A DNA stretch of 64,000 nt from positions 2,592,001 through 2,656,000 of the forward strand of contig OY761614.1 in NCBI GenBank assembly GCA_963664825.1. Direction: 5' to 3'. The notes beneath the pieces are model-generated. The model had not been told where the DNA came from. It saw nothing but the letters and a program-made list of their open reading frames with translations, and did no database searches. The DNA comes from an uncultured Holophaga sp. (GTDB lineage Bacteria; Acidobacteriota; Holophagae; Holophagales; Holophagaceae). A program made the translations under genes and the position numbers. Below are positions 60,410-64,000 of this stretch, one piece after another. Every line of letters starts with the position of its first letter. Within the stretch, counting starts at the first letter, position 1.

Positions 60410-60629
60410 CAACCATATTGACGGATTTAGAAGCCTCGCGCAGGATCCGAAGCTTACCCGCAGGATTCGTGCACCCTTTTTGACGGATTTCCGCTTCGTT
60501 ACGCGTCATCCGTCCCAAACTTATTGACGGATTTTCAGGTCTCTAGATCACCCACAAAGCCCCGCCCTTGTTGGCTTTTAGGCCATGTGCCCGAATCGGT
60601 CGTCATGCGAATTATTTCGACGGATCACA
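60410..60629 (-). repeat. Mu-like left end (L1 plus three internal sites)
   Basis: CA-N7-TGACGGATTT at 60410-28, 60472-90, 60516-34; terminal GAATTATTTCGACGGATCACA 60609-29. Confidence 0.82.
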
Positions 60630-60879
60630 GCGGGATTCCCCGGTGGGCCGCACGACTGGCTGCGCCCGTGTAGCGCGGCAAAATGAATCATCGGGAATCC
60701 GTCAGAATGATTGGTAGCTTTCAATCATTCTGACGGGTTTGGCCTATCGGTCTCAGCTCTCGCGACGGAAGCGGAGTCTATTGTTGAAAAGCCTCTGAAG
60801 GGCTGAACCCTGAAGGCCTCGCTGAGTGCAACATTCTTGGGGCATCCACGGGCGATCATGATGCGCTCTTGGCCTTCTC

Positions 60880-61110
60880 CTGTTTCAAAAGGAGTTCCAC
60901 CTTCGTTTCTGCGATCCAAAGTATGGCCGTGTGGACCTCACAATACAGCCGCGCATCAGTCAGATGCTGGATGGCTTTGGGCTGCACGGTCGTGTCCACG
61001 ATGACCTTCTCGAGACTGCGCTCCGTGATTGTCTTCGTGGTCTTGCCCGCCTCGATGGTGATCTGGAGCAACTTCTCCACACCCTTCTCGTCGATCCGCT
61101 GCCGTGTTAT
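60880..61110 (-). pseudogene. IS5-family transposase fragment
   Basis: RQRIDEKGVEKLL...VIVDTTVQPKAI..LTDARLY. Confidence 0.8.
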
Positions 61111-61148
61111 CGGGCAGGGGTGGATCGGCAGTGCGTGGCGGGAGAATA

Positions 61149-61376
61149 CCTCACCGCAGCCGAAGGAGATCATCATGCTGCGACTTCCTTTTTTGGGGAA
61201 TGATTCCACCCGGGCTTGGGAGTGCAGGCGGCTTGGGGTGTCCCTTGGAAAACAGCTCGGGGTGGGTCTGGAAGGTCTGATTGAACACGGCCTGCCGGGC
61301 CGCGTGGATCTCCTCGGCACGGCCTTCATGGACGCTGGCAGACGTCATCATGCCAATGCCACTGCGCCGGTGCAGG
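61149..61376 (-). pseudogene. IS3-like orfB 3' fragment
   Basis: Homologous to ~48885-49043 (HRRSGIGMMTSASVHEGRAEEIHAAR). Confidence 0.85.
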
Positions 61377-61431
61377 GTGTTGATTTTTGAAATTTCGACC
61401 GCGGGATCCGGGCTTAACCTGTACCGAAGAG

Positions 61432-61459
61432 AAAAAACAGGCACCCACATGGGTGCCTG
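61432..61459 (-). terminator. Intrinsic terminator after the RiPP precursor
   Basis: Minus strand CAGGCACCC-ATGT-GGGTGCCTG-TTTTTT. Confidence 0.88.
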
Positions 61460-61482
61460 AATGCTGGGAAACGAACACAAAA

Positions 61483-61689
61483 TCAAATACAGGCACTATT
61501 TACTGCAATGCTGATACAAACTTGGTGGATTGAATCACAATTAAAGACTGTGTCATTGCAGTACCATGAATTACGATGCTGCGCTTCACATTTGTCTATG
61601 GGTTTGGTATACACACCACCTGCTACTTCCAGGGTATCTGCAGCGTTCAACTGCTTGAGCGTTTCCTTTGAAAGGGTGAGTTTATTCAC
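61483..61689 (-). CDS. RiPP precursor peptide (double-glycine leader, lanthipeptide-like)
   Basis: AGGAGA RBS + GTG; leader MNKLTLSKETLKQLNAADTLEVAGG; 43-aa core with 5 Cys and 6 Ser/Thr. Confidence 0.85.
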   Translation of the reverse strand: MNKLTLSKETLKQLNAADTLEVAGGVYTKPIDKCEAQHRNSWYCNDTVFNCDSIHQVCISIAVNSACI

Positions 61690-61804
61690 GGGTTCTCCTG
61701 GAAAAAGGAAGGGGATTTGAAAATTTGCATCCAACGGATGCGTTGATTGGGGATTCTTCAGTAATTCTCCGCTCTTGCTGGGTTGCGTCAAGTTATTTTG
61801 CCCT

Positions 61805-63871
61805 CTACCTGACCGGTAGCTCGATCTCTTCCTGCTCCAAAGTCGCCTCCTCGGCCCTAGTTTCCGTTCTCCCCCCCATCATGATTTCCTCGTGGCTAGC
61901 GTAGATAACGGTCCTACCTTGGAAGCGGGGGCACTGGAGGATGCGCCGGCGGCTCAACCCATCCAGATTAGAGAGAGCCTCGTCCAGAAGCAGGAGCTGC
62001 TTGTCCGAGGCCAGGACTGCAGTGATGGCAATGAGCTGGCGCTGGCCGCCGGAGAGATTGCCGCCGCCGCTGGCCACCATGGTCTGGTAGCCCATGGGGA
62101 GGGTCTTCACCCATTCAGCCAGGCCAGTCTCTTTGGCCACCTCAAAGAGATGGGTCTTGGGTCCATCGCCGGAGAAAATTCGGAGGTTTTCCAAGATGGA
62201 GCCACTTGAGAGCTGGGGGAACTGGGGAAGAAAGACCATCAGGTTGTTGGCGGCCGCACTATCCAGGCCTCCCATACTGATGCGCCCGGTGTCGGGTGTA
62301 TAGAGACCCGCCAGGAGCTTCAGGAGCGTGCTCTTGCCGGATCCGGAGGCTCCCTTCACGTGATGGAAGGTGCCGGGTTGCACACGAAGATTGGCACCCT
62401 GGAGGATCCAGGGTGCCTTTTCCTTATAGCGAAACCACACATCCTCGGCCAGCACGGGGCCCGTGAGTTCCGTAGGACCGTTCAAAGGCGTTTGGGTCAG
62501 GCGAACCGTGGCAAAGGCCTCGTGGACCTGCGCGAGTTGAGGCCTCGCCAGTGCGATGGAGAGCACCGTCTGGCTAAGACTGGTGACGGCAGCCACGAAG
62601 GCAGCGCTCAGCTGCGAAAAGGCCAGGAGCTGTCCCAGCGAAAGTTCCCCGCCGAGCACCTTGAAACCACCCCAGATGAGAATGCAGATGCTGCTGCCCT
62701 GGCTGAGGAATTCGCAGATGGCATCAGCCCAGAGTCCGATGCGGTCCTGTCTGAGGCTGTGAGCCAGTTCCACTCCCAGCTTGTCCTTCCATCGCGCCAG
62801 CACCCAGTTCTGGCTGCCTGTCGCCTTGAGCGTGGAGGCACCATTCAGGAGTTCAGCCAGCGCGCTGTGCTCCGCCTGGCTGGCCTTGATCTGGAGGCGG
62901 GTCACGCGCGCCTGCAGGTATCCGATCACGGCAGACGCGAGGCTGAGCAGTAATGCCCCCAGAATCACGACGCCCGCTACGGTCGGCATGAGCATCAGCA
63001 TGTAAACCAAATAGGCCACCGCCGTGCAGGCATCGAAGACCGCCGCCAATCCTCGGTTGAGCACCAAGGCACGGGCCCGCTTGATTCCGCTGAAGGCCTG
63101 AAGCAGTTCGCCCAGGGTCTTGCCCTGAAGGTGCTTGAAGGGCAAGTGCAACAGGTGGTCGAAGAGACCCTTTTCCATCGCCACATCAATGCGCGCGGAA
63201 AAGGCATTCAGGGTGATATCTCGCAGCCAGCCCACCCAGGCCCTGAAGAGCGCCGTGAGAATCATCCCGATGCAGAGGATCTGGAGCAGGCTGCCTGAAC
63301 CCTTGGCCAGGGCGCCGTCCATCATCCAGGCCGTGAGCCACGGGGAAATGAGCGCGAGCCCCTGGACCATGGCGGAAGCCCCCAGGGACACCAGCAGGAA
63401 TTGCCGATGCCCCGGGATCAGCTTCAGGAGGCGCATCCAGAGCCCACCCTTTTCGGGGAAGGCTTCACTGATTTCCAGAGCTGTGCCAGAGAAGACTTCG
63501 GCTAGAGCCCTTTCGGGCACAAGGCTCGCGCCGCCTCCGTGTTCCACCAGCCACCCCTTGGCGCTTCGCTTCCGCAGGAGGATCCATTCGCCCGTGTGGG
63601 TCAGCATGAGTGTGGGCAGCTGCAGATGCGCAAGATCGCTGACTTGAGCCTGAACGCACCGGGCTTCGAAGCCGCTGACGCGGAGTTTCCGGAGCAGACC
63701 ATTAACACCTGGGGCGACATTCACGTCACCTTCGTCCTCCTCGTCCAAGGTTTGCAGGGTGGTCTTGATGCCCCGATGCACTAGGAGGCGCCAAAGGGCG
63801 ATGCGGGTGGGGAGGCCTTCCAGAACATTGCCTTCCGAACGGCTCGGCTCCAGGCTTGGTTGCTCCTTCAT
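61805..63871 (-). CDS. Peptidase-domain-containing ABC transporter (degenerate C39-like domain)
   Basis: N-terminal C39-like region lacking an obvious catalytic Cys; TM domain; GASGSGKS, LSGGQRQ, LLLDEA. Confidence 0.88.
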   Translation of the reverse strand: MKEQPSLEPSRSEGNVLEGLPTRIALWRLLVHRGIKTTLQTLDEEDEGDVNVAPGVNGLLRKLRVSGFEARCVQAQVSDLAHLQLPTLMLTHTGEWILLRKRSAKGWLVEHGGGASLVPERALAEVFSGTALEISEAFPEKGGLWMRLLKLIPGHRQFLLVSLGASAMVQGLALISPWLTAWMMDGALAKGSGSLLQILCIGMILTALFRAWVGWLRDITLNAFSARIDVAMEKGLFDHLLHLPFKHLQGKTLGELLQAFSGIKRARALVLNRGLAAVFDACTAVAYLVYMLMLMPTVAGVVILGALLLSLASAVIGYLQARVTRLQIKASQAEHSALAELLNGASTLKATGSQNWVLARWKDKLGVELAHSLRQDRIGLWADAICEFLSQGSSICILIWGGFKVLGGELSLGQLLAFSQLSAAFVAAVTSLSQTVLSIALARPQLAQVHEAFATVRLTQTPLNGPTELTGPVLAEDVWFRYKEKAPWILQGANLRVQPGTFHHVKGASGSGKSTLLKLLAGLYTPDTGRISMGGLDSAAANNLMVFLPQFPQLSSGSILENLRIFSGDGPKTHLFEVAKETGLAEWVKTLPMGYQTMVASGGGNLSGGQRQLIAITAVLASDKQLLLLDEALSNLDGLSRRRILQCPRFQGRTVIYASHEEIMMGGRTETRAEEATLEQEEIELPVR

Positions 63872-63872
63872 A

Positions 63873-64000
63873 TCACCCACGGCCCGCCTCCATGGCCATA
63901 ACGATCTCTCGGAAGGCGCCTGCCTGTTTGGAGAGTGCAGCATAGGTCCCCTGCTGGGCGATGCGCCCATCCTCCAGCACCAGGATTCGATCCGCGTCCT
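63873..64000 (-). CDS. ABC transporter C-terminus (partial; upstream partner exporter)
   Basis: My translation ...DADRILVLEDGRIAQQGTYAALSKQAGAFREIV...RG*; stop 1 nt before the next ATG. Confidence 0.85.
   Translation of the reverse strand, partial: DADRILVLEDGRIAQQGTYAALSKQAGAFREIVMAMEAGRG

Larger units (their letters stand above)
45009..60629 (-). mobile_element. Defective Mu-like transposable element / prophage remnant carrying cargo
   Basis: TGT at 45009 and ACA at 60627-60629; repeated 19-bp end sites; repressor-ner-MuA-like module next to one end; no virion genes. Confidence 0.8.
60669..64000 (-). mobile_element. Second Mu-like unit, right end and probable cargo (continues beyond the window)
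   Basis: 60669-60729 identical to 45009-45069; extent of the unit is inferred. Confidence 0.6.

Noticed and set aside
45004..60634. 5-bp target-site duplication around the Mu-like element
   Set aside because: Flanks are GCCGC and GCGGG, which are not identical
44965..60668. Duplicated ~40-bp sequence as a CRISPR repeat, or the element as CAST/Tn7
   Set aside because: Only two copies 15.7 kb apart, no spacers, and no cas, tniQ or tnsC genes visible; genes outside the window cannot be excluded

Overview
High-GC bacterial chromosome segment. Gene content is reminiscent of Acidobacteriota such as Holophagaceae, which is an unverified impression. Positions 1-44.9 kb are backbone: recO, pyk, three GAPDH-family genes, a frameshifted C1-peptidase/hydrolase, a hybrid kinase, an ABC/CAAX operon, an lpxL-like gene, an aldehyde dehydrogenase, site-2 protease-trpS, tRNA-Lys(CTT), sigma54 regulators, rel, a nitronate monooxygenase, moeA and a BamA-like protein. 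From a tRNA-Ser-like 3' fragment at 44954-44973 onward lies a visibly lower-GC island built from Mu-like units. One element (45009-60629) has TGT...ACA termini and a Mu-type array of end sites (3 at one end with the third inverted, 4 at the other). It carries repressor, ner and a truncated MuA-like transposase, no virion genes, and cargo (DUF6765-like protein, three-gene signalling cassette) plus IS debris. After a 39-bp spacer that copies the tRNA-linked target sequence, a second near-identical end starts at 60669. It is followed by a double-glycine, Cys/Ser/Thr-rich RiPP precursor and two ABC exporters running off the window. All calls are from manual reading; no searches were run.
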